From positions 248,001-312,000 of the forward strand of contig LSRY02000022.1 in the NCBI GenBank assembly GCA_001643675.2: a stretch of 64,000 nucleotides of DNA, read 5' to 3'. The translations under genes and the position numbers were made by a program. Every line of letters begins with the position of its first letter. The first letter of the stretch is position 1. The notes beneath the pieces were generated by a model that did not search any database, had not been told where the DNA came from, and saw only the letters and a list, made by a program, of their open reading frames with translations. This stretch comes from Monocercomonoides exilis PA203 (taxonomy: Eukaryota > Protista > Preaxostyla). Positions 34,775 to 48,800 of the stretch are shown here, piece by piece.

Positions 34775-37700
34775 TTATTTGGTTGTGATGGATTTGTATC
34801 CTCTCTTTCTTCTCCGTACAACACAAAATACAACCACAAATATCACAGCACCAACAGCCAAAACACACCCAACAACAATCAGAGCTATTCCATATCCAGG
34901 CACCCCATTTTTCTTCTTTTCAACGCTCATTTTCATTCCCTCTGACCAGCTTTCGCCTTCGTCAACAGAAACATGCAGATACAACACAGAAGGCGCAGCC
35001 ACACTCAGCTTCGAAACATCAATTTCTCCTTTTGAGCGAAAAACATACTGCGATGTGGCATTCGATTCCTTCTTCGACTCCAACTCAACGCTCACCCCTT
35101 CTTTCGAATTCTCGCCTGTCCGCTCGCTTTTCCCAATCCACAGGATCGGCACATTCAGCGGATACAAATGGCGCCCTTTGAACACAATCGAAGGAAGCTT
35201 CAATGGCGTCGCATACAAAACAGAGGAGTAGCTGGGCTGAATGCCCCTCGTTGGGTAGAACTCACACTTCACAGCCGACTCCTCTGCCGCTGACCGCTTT
35301 CGGCACGTCTCGTCACACAGCCGCTGCGGATGGCTATTTCTCGGCGATGTCACCGAAACTTCCGCGTTTTCGCACGAAATGTCAACAAGAATCTCCAAAT
35401 CCTCTTTGTCTCTTTCGACGTTGTTGCTGAATGAATCGTTGCGGCTCTTCACTTTCGCTCCTTTCGTAGCATAAATGGCTGTGTGCACGTTGCTCACATA
35501 TTCCGAAGACGAAGACAGCAGAAGATATTCTGCCTGCTCATTCGAATGAGATGGCTCGGCTGCTTCTGCTGCTTCGTCTGCTCCTCTGATCGATATGGCA
35601 CTTCCACACGGTGTGACTGGCCATTCGCTTGCCTTCTCATTAAAAAGGCCCCAAACTGATTTGCTGGTCATCGCTTTGCATTCGTTGTGAGAAAATCGGC
35701 TGTTTTGGATTAAGTGCAAAGAATTGTCTTCATTCTCTGCTCTCTTTTTCATCTTCAGTGCAGTTGAATTTGTGAAATGAATTTTTTCTTTGTCTGCTGG
35801 CGCTCTATTTTTCGTTTCGCGTATCATAATGGCTCCTCCTTCCTCTTTGGCTTTGTTGCTGACAAAGTCTGTTTGGTCAATCAAAAGCTTCTTTCTCTGC
35901 GCTCCATCGCTTTCGCAAGTCTCCACAAAGATGGCTCCGCCTTCTGTGGCTGAGCAATTGCTGATGTGGCAGCTCTTGATATCCACAGTCGTGAAGGCAT
36001 CATTAACAAATGAATGATAAGAGAGTGACGATGTTAACGAATGAATCAATGAAGAAAATGCCTTTGGAGCATAATCTGCAATGAAAATGGCTCCTCCTCT
36101 TCCGCTCTGAGCGTCTTTGTCGCTGTAAATGGCACTGCACTGAGCAATCGTCAGCGATTTCAACTCAACCAGCTTCACATCCTGCTTCACAAAGATCGCT
36201 CCTCCGCACAATCCGTTCAGCGATTCAAGTTTCACACCTGAAAGTGACAGAACATCTGCATTCTCACACACAACACCCCCACTCCTCTCATTCGCAAGCG
36301 ACGTGTGCTTCCAGATACTCACAATTTTGTCGGAATTCCCATTCGAGATCGTCACGTTCTTCACTTTCTGCGCAAACACCATCGCTCCTGAATTCTTCGG
36401 CTCTCCTTTCTGAGAATGCCTGCCCTCCTCTTCGCTGCCCTTCATCTCGCAGTGCACAATCTGCATCACACTCATCTCGCTTTGCCAATCCGCCACTGGC
36501 TCAGCTGCAATGCACCCGCCGTCGCATCCAAAGCAGTTCTCGAACTTGCACTTCGAAATGAACATTTTGTCCACATCTGCGCAATAAATTCCCGCAGTCG
36601 TCAGACTCGATGCCTGCTTCTCAAAAAAGTTGCTGTATCCTTCAGAGTTTCCTGACACATTCAGCTCTTCGAACGCCAGAACATGCAAAAGCACCTCTGC
36701 AACTGTTTCGTCTTTCGCATCGGCCCTCCACTCTCCTCTGAATTCGCAGTCCATCACCAAGCACTTCTGTCCTGCCTTTATTCCCCTCCCGTTCACCGAC
36801 AGGCAGTTTCCTCGTCTCCCATGCCCGCCTGACATGCTGCATCGCTCACACACAATCGAACGCCCTGTGTACACACACCCGCCAAACCCTCGCTCCATCC
36901 CTGTTCCTCTCCCCGAGTCACAGTTCAAGAAAGAGCACGACTTCAATTTTGCTGCTTTTTCTTCAGCTTCCAATTCTGCGCTCACGGAAGATATGTACAC
37001 GCCTGCACCTCCTCCATTATCCTGCTCTCCGGTTGCTTTTGTATCTTCCACTTTGCACCCTTCCATTGAAAACTCCACAACTTCCTTTCCAGCAAACAAG
37101 CCTCCTCCTTGTGTTGCTGTCAGATCCACAAATGCACTGTCACGAATTTCAACTTTCTTTGCAGCATCAACATAAAGTCCTGCTCCTTGTCCATCAATCG
37201 TGTGGTGTTCAAAGCTTGTCATTGTTGTTGTATCATCCTTCGTTTTCGAAAAAGTGCAAAAATAATCCGTGTCAACAACTTTCACAAGAGGGCCCGTTCC
37301 CTTTTCATTTCCTTCTCCAGAAAAAATGCATCCTTCAAATTTTATTGTTCTGACATTTGAAAGTTCGAGAATTGGCGACTTTGAAGTTGAAAACAGACAT
37401 AGCACAAAATCAATGCTGAAACAAAAATGTTGCAAATTTTTTAATAATGATGAAATATTTAAAATGGTTGGCAAAAACAAACCATTTAACATTTGATAAC
37501 TTCAACAAAGGCTCTGTTTCTGCTGGAGAAGTGAATATGAAGCTTTGGTCATTTTCTTGACTGAATAAAACGTATTCCAAAGCTTTATCCAGAGTCGATG
37601 GAAGTTGAACTTCTTTCGTTTTCTCGGGGAAAATTGCAACGTCAGATTGTTCATCCAGGATTCGAAACAGCCCAGAAAATGTTTTGCATGGCTTTGAATG

Positions 37701-37799
37701 ATCAGTTCGGCAATCCTCATCGTTTCCTGTGCTGAATCTCAGTGCATATTCTTGATGCTCTGCAAAAGCACAAAACACCAAAAAAAGGAAAATCTTCAT
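34775..37799 (-). CDS. Type-I membrane surface protein with PMP-like GGA(I)/FxxN repeats; 2 exons
   Basis: Signal peptide MKIFLFLVFCAFA and a GNDEDCRTDHSKPCKT module. Intron 37482..37416 (GTTTGT..TTCAG, 67 nt) keeps phase. Many GGAIF motifs. C-terminal TM followed by the tail RRRKRGYKSITTK. Confidence 0.85.
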
Positions 37800-38945
37800 T
37801 AATCAGTTTTGATCTGATATGAAACAAAAAACAAACATATTTTTAACAAATAAAAATTCGGTAAAAGTCAGCTGGAAGTCCGAGCAAGATATTATATATT
37901 GTTCATGCAGCCGATTCAACTGCATATTTGTCCACACAATTTCAACAGAAATAACTGTTATATCGACAAAATAAGTGAAAAAAAGCAACTTTAAATCAAT
38001 GAATGAAAATGGCGCAAACATATTTGAATTGGAACAAATATTTTCTTGGATATTCGTCTTATTGTTTGGATGGCATTGATTAAAAAAATATCAATGATTC
38101 TAATATTCTGAAAAACTCACTTTTACAAAAACAGAAAAGATCATTTCAAAAATATATAATTATGGGCTAATGAAAATTCATTTTAATAATTAAACACAAT
38201 TTAAAGTTTGTGTTATTCTTAATACAACATTTATATTAAAAAAGACGTATGTTTATAGTATTTTCATTGAGATATGAATATTGAAACTTTTTGTTAATTT
38301 TTCATTAGAAAATTGATTTTTTTTTAAGATTTGCAAACTTCGAAAATGAATTATCATCAATACAAAAACTATCATAAGAAGCGGATTTTGCTTCTTAGGT
38401 GAATGACAGAAACTTTTTTATATTTATTTTTTGAATGAATATGAATTTGAAACAACATTTTTGTTCCTATCTCAATCATGCAGGTTCAAGAAACGTAAAA
38501 GACATGAAAAATTAATAAAGAATAAGCTTTGAAAAGTATTCGAAAAAATATATTTTTTCATGAAATACATAGTACATGCTTTATAATTCAACAAAAGATA
38601 ATAAGTTTCATGTGGGAAAATATGGACTTACAAGCTTTTTATGCACAAAGCATAATAAAATTGTTTCACTTGTAACATTTTTCGACTTATCCAGATTTCA
38701 AAACAAATTTGATTATCACATTTGAAAACATACATCATTACGTAATAACCTTTTTTTTGCGACCTCAAACGGATATCAAATAATAAACCTATTAATTTCA
38801 AATTTTTTGATCACAAAAGTTCATCTGATGTGCATTTTTTTTTTCAATGAAAATGCCTGAAGTCAAAAATTTTGTCCCATATAATTTGATATATAAAAGA
38901 TAAATGTTAATATTTTGGATATCAAAATACAAATAATTCTGAAAT

Positions 38946-39344
38946 ACAGATATCGCATAAAATACCGGAAATCGCCCAAAATACCGGACAAGATCGTTTT
39001 CTCAATAACCACTAAAAGAAAAAATCTGTTAATTTTCCTCAAAATATATCTCATCAATACAAACTCATTGGAAAAACAAGACTTCACTTCAGCTTTATTT
39101 GTGCTCAGTGAAAATTAATTATTGAAATCTAGGAGAAACTTAAAATCCTATTTTTCCGAGATTTCAAAAATAATTTTTTTCTGAGCTCTAACGAAACTGT
39201 CCTGAAAGTCTTGTATGTCACGTGAGTTTGTATTGATGAGATATATTTTGAGGAAAATTAACAGATTTTTTCTTTGAGTGGTTATTGAGAAAACGATCTT
39301 GTCCGGTATTTTGGGCGATTTCCGGTATTTTATGCGATATCTGT
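38946..39344. mobile_element. 399-bp foldback/MITE-like non-autonomous element with 122-bp terminal inverted repeats
   Basis: 38946-39067 is the reverse complement of 39223-39344 with one mismatch seen. Termini are CAG..CTG. The motif AAAATACCGGA occurs twice per arm. The interior is also imperfectly palindromic and has no coding capacity. Confidence 0.85.
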
Positions 39345-39839
39345 GTTATGAATTCTGTCAATTTCATAATTTTTCAATTAAAAATTTCGTAATTAACAAT
39401 TTGTTGGAAATACAAAGAAATCAATTTAATGTTTTCATAAAAATCACAAATACGCATCTTTGTCTTTCTGTGACAACATGTGTTAGAAAGTCAATTCATA
39501 AAAGCATGAAACGACTTTTCGTTAATTCTTTTGAAAATAACCGTGAATCAAAAAATTATCCGAATCCCGAAAAAAAAATTTGACTTCAATAATAATCGCC
39601 CAAATAATCGAAATGAAATGACTTTTTTGTGCTTTTTTCAATAACTTTGGATGATTAAACAAATGAATAAATGAAAAATAAAATTGTTTAAAAGCATAAT
39701 TTATTTTATATAGAACATAGTTACGTTTGTTCATCTTTAACAATTATTTGTTCAACAATTACATACGGAGATTTATAATTTCTTCTTTTTCACCAATTAT
39801 TCAAAAAAAAAAGTCAATAAAAAATAAATTATGAACAAA

Positions 39840-42800
39840 AAGCATTCAATGAATAGGATAAATGTGTATGAATTTTTATTCAGCCGTGATGTTTATTGTT
39901 GATTTTCCATGAAAAAGAATGAATCATGTGATTGCATTGATTGAAGAATATGAAAAGTTTAAATAGAAAATTTATTAATTAATTGAAAATAATAACAAAT
40001 TAATCTGGATCAAAAATTTTTATTATATCTTAATTTCTATTTATTTGTCATATTAATCAAATTTTGAAATAAAATTCCATTTCATCATTTCTTTTTTAAT
40101 TTTTTGATCATTTGTATAATTAATATTTCAATTTTGATTATGTTTGGAAGTCAGATATCTTGAAGAATATGACAAGGAATCTGATGGCAGTATTTTTGGC
40201 GATTATGATGTTAAGTGTGCTCGCGAAAGACACCGAAGCAAAAAATATTGTTCCGATTGGGCAAGCGGTGAACGTTCAGAATGCATTATTCGATCATATC
40301 GGATGCATTGAAACAAGTATCTCCATCATCAACACCTCCTTGTGCGTGAACCATCTCAACATCATCCCTCTCGCTGGTTGTCCACTCCTCACTGCCCAAC
40401 ACCACTCGGCTGCCTCCATTCTCTCTTCCACTTGCCAAGCCAACCCAGCAACAATATCTCCACTTTTCCTCTCTGCCCATGCCTCCCTCACCCTCACAAA
40501 CTTCTCCCTCACCACCCACCAACCTGCCATCTTCTCCTTCTCCCTCTTCTCCACCCCAAACAATCTCCTCCCAGATGCCCACTCCCCAATCCCTGCCTCC
40601 TTCTTCATCTCCCATTCCTTTTTCTCCTCGTTCATCTCCCTCACCCAGCCCTTCCTTTTTTCTCCTTCTTCCCTCTCTTCCCCATCCCATTATCCATCTC
40701 CATCCCTTTCCCCTTCTCCTTCATCTTCCTCATCCTCATCCTCATCCTCTTCTTTTTCTTCCCCTTCCATTTCCTCTTCCTCTTCCCCTTCCCCTCTCCA
40801 TATCCATCACCAATCCCATCCCCACCTCCAAATCCACCTCAACCTCCATCTCTCAAACACCCTCTTCTCCAACATCTCATCTCCCCAATCCTCTCTGTCT
40901 CTTCTATCCCTTCCTTCATACTCACTCAATCCATTCACCTCAACCGCCTCTTTCACCAACGTCAATTCAATTCTCTTTTTTTTTCTTCGCTCGTCCCTCT
41001 CCATCCACTCATCTCTCTTCAAACACACCCACAACCCCATTGACGGTGCCATCCTCCCCAACCTCAACAGCCCATCCACTTCCCTCTCTGCTTTCAACAC
41101 CTCTTTTCTCCACCAAACACGTTCTTCAGCCAATGCTGCTGTGGTTAATGTTGGAACTGAAGCTCAAAGAGTGAAACTTGGAAGACTGACTTCTTTTGAT
41201 GAGAACAGCCATCGCTTCGAATGGTGCGAATGGAATGATTCAAATGGTGGATCAAGTTATGGTGGTGCACTTTGCGTTTCTTGCACAAACGCAAATCTCA
41301 CAATCACTTCTTGTTCATTCAACAATTGTTCAACAAGTGATCATGGAGGAGCGTTGTGCTGTTACTATTTGTTGAAAATCAACATTGCAAAATCAAATTT
41401 CACAAGCTGTTCAGCTGCTCATGGAGGAGCAGTGGTTGTTTTCAATCCACAATCAAATTCTGCTTGGATATTCTCAGAAAATAAAGTCGAAAATTGTTCA
41501 ATATCTAGCTGGAGCGGAACTGGTTGGTATTTTTATATTGGTGATTTTTCTTCAAACGGTCAATTCCTGTTTTCCAAATGCAAGTGCATTGCAAATTCCG
41601 GTGGTGATTCTACTGGTTCTCTCACATTCAATGATCCTCCTGAAAATAAGCCAAATCAATTTTTGGTCAATGAGTGTCAATTTGTAAATAATGAATTGAC
41701 ATCAACTTCATCCACACGAGGAGGTGCTGGTATTTATTTGGATGCAACCTTCACTTGGATGAATGGAGTAAAATTTATCACATTTTGTTTCTTCGATGGA
41801 AACACCGCAACAAATGGAAGAGGGAATGATGTATTCTTTAATGGTAATTCCATAGCTCAATCTCCGTTTGAGAATTGTGGATCAACAACCCCATCAAAAA
41901 GAGTGTGGAATGCAGGAACTGCAGATAGCAGTGTGTACAATGGATGGCTTCCAATCATCAACCAGAACAAAATCGTTGCAAATGGTGGAAGTGATGTCGA
42001 TGCCTGTGGCAAAACACAGCAAAGCCCATGTGCCACGGTGGAGTATGCCCTCGGATGCGTTGCTCCCTTCAGCGATGCCTCCCTCTCTCTTCTCGTCTCC
42101 ACTTTCACTCCCACAAAGACTCTCACATTTCGCGCACCAAATACAAAAATTACTGGAAATGGAATAGCCACCACCATCGCCTCCAGTGGCATTCCTCAAC
42201 CACCAAACTCACATTCACAGTTATCACAATCCACATCATCTCTTTCCTCATTTTCATCATTATCAACATCTTCTTCGCCAGATCCATCTGCCTCGTCTGC
42301 CCTCTTCCAACAGACCCAGGGCTCCCTCACAGTCTCTGCCCTCGCCATCTCCCACAACTCCACAAATCAAATCACCCCCATCCTCTTCCACCTCTCCCAA
42401 AACTCCCCTTCCCTCAACCTCAACACAACCACCATCACCGGAGCAACCTCATCTTCATCATCAATCACAACCCCCCTCTTCTTCATCACTGCTGGCTCCC
42501 TCGCCCTCAACCACACAGCAATCACCAGTCTCGCCCTCAACAGCCAAAGCATCTTCCACCTCATCTCCCTCACATCTCCCCTCACCCTCAACTCCTCCAA
42601 CATCACCCACATCACCTCCACAGCCACCCCCACTAGCTGTGTCCTCTCCTCTGCCACCTCCCCTGCCCTCTCCCTCTCCCTCGCCAACTGCACCATCACC
42701 AGCATCAACTCAGAACAGTTGAGCCAACAGACTGCCACCAATGGCGGGTGCGTCTCATTCGCCTCATCTGCCTCTGACAATACGTTTTCAGTGAGTGATT

Positions 42801-45800
42801 CCACCTTCTCCAGCTGCTCTGTGAGCGAAGATACAAGTTCTGGAGGAAGAGGCGGTGCTCTCATGATCGAGTTCAATGAAGGCTCACAAGTGTCATCCAC
42901 AACCTTTTCCATCACCAATATCGTGTTTTCAGCCAACAAGGCCAGCATCGGAAGAGATATGTATTTTGTGTGTGAATCACTTTTCGCTTCTGTGAAGGAA
43001 CCCTTGTTCGCCTTCATGAGAAGCATCACTCAGAAAGACAACTCGATTGTTGGGCATGATAGAACAGAAGCATTTGGTGATTGGGATGTCGATTTATTCA
43101 TATTTTTCTATGGATTCTTTGATGATACAATATATGTGGATGGAGCATCTGGAGTTGAGGAGGTGTATTGCGGTCTGGAAAAAGCACCTTGTAAGAATGT
43201 GAATTATGGAATGGAGCGTTTGAAGAAAACTCTGAATGTTAAAGAGGAGATTGTTGTGTGTGAAAAATCGAATATTACTGGGTGTGCGGATGTGGGAGGA
43301 ATGCGTGTGAAGGCAAAAACTGAGGCAATTGTGGAGATCGAATGCAAAAGGGAAGTGAGTGGATCTGAAGCGTGTGTGCTGAAATCATCATCACTGACAG
43401 AAATGGAGTTCATTGGGATTATTATTCCATCAAGTTTTAGCAGAACAATCTCATCGGTGATCGAATCGAGCACTCAAAATGGGGAGTTGTTCATGAAGAA
43501 CTGTGAGATAAGTGTGAATGGAGGGAAGGGAAGCACAATTGGATATTTCTTGATCAAATCAACGGGAAAGATGGTTGAACTGGATTCTGTCACGATTTCA
43601 GATGTGAAATCAATAGTTTCATTGTTTTCAATTTCGCTTTCGTCTGGAAATGTGAACGATCAAGAATTTAAAGTGAGGCTGTTGAATTGTACATTGAAAG
43701 GATTGGAAATTGATAGCGGTGTGACAGTAGAGGGAATGGCAGCAGTGTTTGAAGGGAATGTGGGATTTGGGATAGTGATAAATGGAAGCAAAATTGAAGG
43801 TGCATTATCAGAGAAGAGCAAAGAAGGAGGAGCACTGAAGATAGTGTTGAATGAGGGAGGGTTTATTACAATTGAAAATAGTTCATTTGTTGGATGTGTT
43901 TGCGAGAATGAGAGCGATGGCGGAAAAGGGGGAGGGATATATCTGGATTACAGTCTGAATGAAGGAGGATTTCAGCTCTCATCGATATCGTTTTCTGAAT
44001 GTTCAGCAACAGTTGGGAAGAACATGTTTGTGAAGAGCAGCAGCCTGGTGAACAGTGTGAAGACAGAACGTTTTGCATTTGATTACTCGGCATATTCTTA
44101 TGATGGGAATGCATTTGTTGGGGAAGATGGGATTTATGGGGAAATGGATCTTCGAGTGTTTCTTGTTTCTCTGAAGTGGGTGGTTGTGTCTGTATCGACT
44201 GGTGGGCATGACACATTGGGATGCGGAATTGAAAAATTCCCATGCGAATCGATGAAAAGTGGAATTGACCATATTGACAGAAGTGGAGCAGTTGGAGAAA
44301 GGAAAGTGAATGTGAAAGATGAAGGGACAATTGAAGATATTTATTTATTTTCGGATGCACTTGTGATTGATGGGTGTGTGAATGAGGGAGATGAAATTCA
44401 ACACAAGACTGTTCATTTTGAAAGGACAATCAAAGGGAATTCTGCAACAACTGTTATTTCATCAATTCAGCCACTCGGCTTGTTATCTTTGAAGTTACAG
44501 ATTCCAAGTCAATTTTCACCAAGCATGAATTCCTTGATCTCTTCGAGTAACAATCTTCAACTTGAAAACTGTTTATTTGACATCCAATCATCAACGACCA
44601 TTCAATATTCGTTGATAACCACAACCACTGGAAGTTGCACACTGAAAGGATGCAGTTTAAAAGGTACTTCATTTGTCAAATCACCATTGGTGATGGCTTC
44701 TTCTGTTTTGTTTGAAAACAGCAACTTTTCAAATATTGTGAACACAGGAAGCGGTGAAGGAGGTGTTGCAAGAGTGACATTGAAAGAGAATGAAGATTTG
44801 ATCATTAATTCAACAAATGCATCATTTTGCTCACTTTCATCAGGAAATGGAAAAGGAGGATTCTTGTATTTGGATTGTCGAAATTGTTTGTATCAAAAGC
44901 CATTTCTTTTGGAAGGTGTCACTTTTGAAAATAACAATGCAGCCATTGGAAAGAATGTGTTCATTTTGGGAAAGGATTTTAATTTTTCTGTAACAAACGA
45001 TACATTCAAGTTTGATTACTCATCAATGATAAATGATGGAAATGTGTTTGTTGGGAGTGATGATTTTCATCAAGAAAAGGATTTGTTCATGTTCCTCATT
45101 CCATACAGCTCATTTGAGATATTTATCTCATCAGATGGATTTGATGTTGCAAGATGTGGAAGTGAGGAAGAGCCATGCAAAACGATGTGGAAAGGGATGG
45201 AAAATATGAAAAAGGAGATTGGAAAGAAAACAATACAGATTGAAGGATCAACATTCATTCAAGATTCATTCAACATGTCCAATTATCAAATCAAAAAGAG
45301 TGTGAAGATGGGAGAGGAAGATACAAAAGCGATATTGAATATAAAAAAACTTATCGAAGACAACAATCTAGGTTATATAATGGAAAATGATATTCATCTT
45401 GAATTGACAAATATCCAGATGCAGCTGACATCGAGATTTGACAACTCAGCCAAATCGATTATTTCAAATAGAGATGGAGAATTGGTGATAACTGGATGTT
45501 CATTCCATTCAGAAGCAGGAGTGAACAATGGATTTGATTGTATATTTGTGGATGTGATTGGAGGAAGTGTGGAAGTGAATGATTTGTCGATGGAATCGTG
45601 CAATGTCGGAAACAGCATTTTTGCAATTAACAATTCTGGAATTTCTTGCCATTTGATGAGCGTTCGTGTGAAATCGTTGAATGAAAGTGGAGGATGTCTT
45701 CTTCTGATCAAAGGAATTGAATTAACAACAAAGATTAATGAAGGAGAAGAGGAAATGAGTCTCAATATTGATAATTCATCATTTTCAGGAGTGAAGAGAA

Positions 45801-48800
45801 TTGAAAATGGAGCAAGCATTCTGCAATCAAAGAGTGAGAATAAGATAGATTTGGTTGTGAATGAGAGCGGCATAATAGAAGATAAGGCAGAGTCAAGTGA
45901 AAAAGGAGGAGCAATATTCTTCACATTGGGAGCTTCTGGATCAATGAAGATGATTGACTCAACAATCAGCCATTGCAGCTGCAGTTTCAGTTCAGGGAGA
46001 GGAGGAGGAGTGTATTTGGCAACAAAGGAAAGAGGGGAATTGAATTTTTCATTTGTGGGAATGAAGTTCAGTGCAAACACAGCAAGTGTGGGGAATGATA
46101 TTTTCATTGAATGTTTCAACATCACATCTCAGATCAATGAAAGACAATTTCAGTTTGATCTTCGAGAGGGATATTTCACTCGCAACAATGCAATATATGG
46201 AATTGATAGCTGTGATCATCAAACCGACACTGATCTGATCGGATTAATCACGATTCATCAAAGTGACACAATCATTGTTTGCAGTGTGAATGGATCGAAT
46301 GAGAAGCAATGTGGAACAAACGCACTTCCATGTTATTCAATTGAGCATGGACTAATACATCTGACTTCAGAACTTATTAGTCAAATTCTTGTTGTGGAAG
46401 AGAGTGTGATTGAGGAAGAGATAAGTCTGAAGGAAATGAGTCTGAGTTCGAAGAGCAGAGAAAATTGCGAAGTTGAAGTTGAATCTGAGATTGAAAAAGC
46501 AAAGGAGGAATTGGTGACAACAGCAGGTGCAGTCTCATTGATGAGAGTGAACTTTGTATTTGGTTCGAATTTCATCTCTCAACATGAATCATTGATCTCA
46601 CCAGAGGGAGGGATTCTTGAGATAATGAATTGCTCATTCACAACAAAACAATCGTCTGGAGAAGGAAATGCAGAATTTGCAAATATTCCATTTCACATTT
46701 TCAACATGGCAAAGGGAGAATTGCAACTTGATGGATGTGCAATATCAAATCTTGTGCTTCATGAATCTGCATTGTATCTTTCATCTCCACTTCCATCAGT
46801 GATTTATTTATTAACGATTTGCAATTCAACAATTTTAAAATCACCATTGGATATTAATGAGTGCGGGCAATTGACAATCAAGGATTTCAATACAGAAAAT
46901 GTCACAATTGAAGGAAATGGAGAATCACTGATATCTTGCTTGGCAATGAAAAAGACGATGCAATTGACCAATTGCACAATAGGTGGAGTAAGCTCAAACA
47001 AAGCAAAAGGGAAATTGATGAAATTAGAGGATTGTTTGGATGTGAAAATGGACAGTTGCGTTTTTGATGGAAGTTTAAAAGAAATAAATGAACAAAATTT
47101 GAATTCAGGAAAAGAGATGTGCAAATGGGATGGATCTCTTGTGGATGTTGTGAAGAGTTATGTTTTGATGAAAGATACAACAATCAAGAATTCACCAGAA
47201 GGTGGAATAACAATGAGTGGAGGAAATGTGAATATTGAGATGGGATTATTTGAGAACAACAATCCATCAACTGAAGGATATCCATCACTGAGAAGAAACA
47301 TCATCTGCTCGGATTCTGGAATATTGAATGTTGAGAGTTTGAAAGGGGGAGATGGATTGGAGAGAAACACTTCTCTTTGGATGTTGAATGAAGGGTGCAG
47401 TTTTGAAGGAATTGCTTCTGAGAGGGATTCATCATTCTTCATTCCAGTTCTGGAGAGTGTGGAAGCAAAAGAAGAGACAGATAAAATGAAGTTGACATTC
47501 AAAGGATCGCTTCTTATTCCATGCAATCTGTCATTCTCAGTTGTGAAGAGGAAGGGAGAAGAGAAAGAGATTGAAAAACATGATTTTGATTCAAATGGAT
47601 TCATGTCAGAAAGTGAAGTTGAGGGAAGTGTGGGAAAAGATCTCCTCAGCAGTTGTGGAGATGAAATAGAAGTGAGCGTGCGCATTTTGTTTGGGGATGC
47701 AGAATCTCCATCATCAACAAATTCATTCATTCTGAAGAACAAAAGTGAGACTGAACCAAAGGGGGATGAAATAATATCAAAAGGAGAGGAACAAATTGAA
47801 TGGAGTTTGTTTGCGTTTATTGGGTGCATTGTTGTTCTGGCTATTTTTGTTGGTTTGTTTGTGGTGGTGGTTGTGTTTCTGCGAAAGAAACTGAGAGAAT
47901 CAGAAAAGAGGGTTGAGAAAGAGAGAATGGAAAACGAGGAGATAATGGGGAAGATAGAGAGGAGAAGAAGGGAAAGCAATGGAGGGAGCTTTGAGATGAG
48001 TGAGATGCCATCCACACTGCTGGAAGGGATGACGAGCCAGATTCCACTTCTCATTGACAACGATGAAGAAGATCTTCCAGAGCCTCCTTCAATGAGCAAT
48101 GATGAAATTCTGAGTGAAAATGATCTTCCAGATTTGGAATCCCCATTGCCATTTTCCGAGAATGCTTCTGTTTGTGGAGCTTCACAATCACATTCATTCA
48201 ATGTGATATCAGCCAAGAAGCCATTTCGAGAGAAAGAGAAAAAGAACATCAAAACACTGCATTCTGCGATTCATTCAGTGCAAGGTAATTTCACATTGGG
48301 AACAAGAGCGATGGATGTTGTTGATGGGAAGGAAGTGGTTTTGGAAGTGGCAGAGCTGTTTGAGCATTTGATATCAGTTGGAGATGAAAGGGTTGAGATG
48401 ATGGGAAAACAATTGTGTCCGTATTCAATCTTTGTTGAGGAAGGAAACAATGAAATATATGTTTTGACAGAGGAAATGGAAGATGAAAAGGAGAAGGAAG
48501 AAATGAAGCGATGGAAGGCACCAGAAGAAGGAAATGAAGAAGATGGAATTGAACAGGCAATTGTTTTCACACTTGGACTGATTCTGCATGAGATGACAAC
48601 CGGGGAAGTTCCATTGAGTGAGTGTGAAGCAGAAGAAGCGCAGGAGATGATGAGGGATGGAGTGCGACCGCTGACAGAAGGAATCGAAGGAGAAGAGTTG
48701 ATTGAACTGATGGAGAAGATGTGGGGAGACGAGCCGAATGACAGACCCAAACTGGCAGAAGTGATTCGATTGTTGATGGAAATGATGGAGAGTGATGGAG

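Noticed and set aside
36000-36062. AT-rich stretch inside the 34775..37799 CDS that looks like an intron
   Set aside because: No suitable AG acceptor and the frame stays open, so it is treated as a linker.
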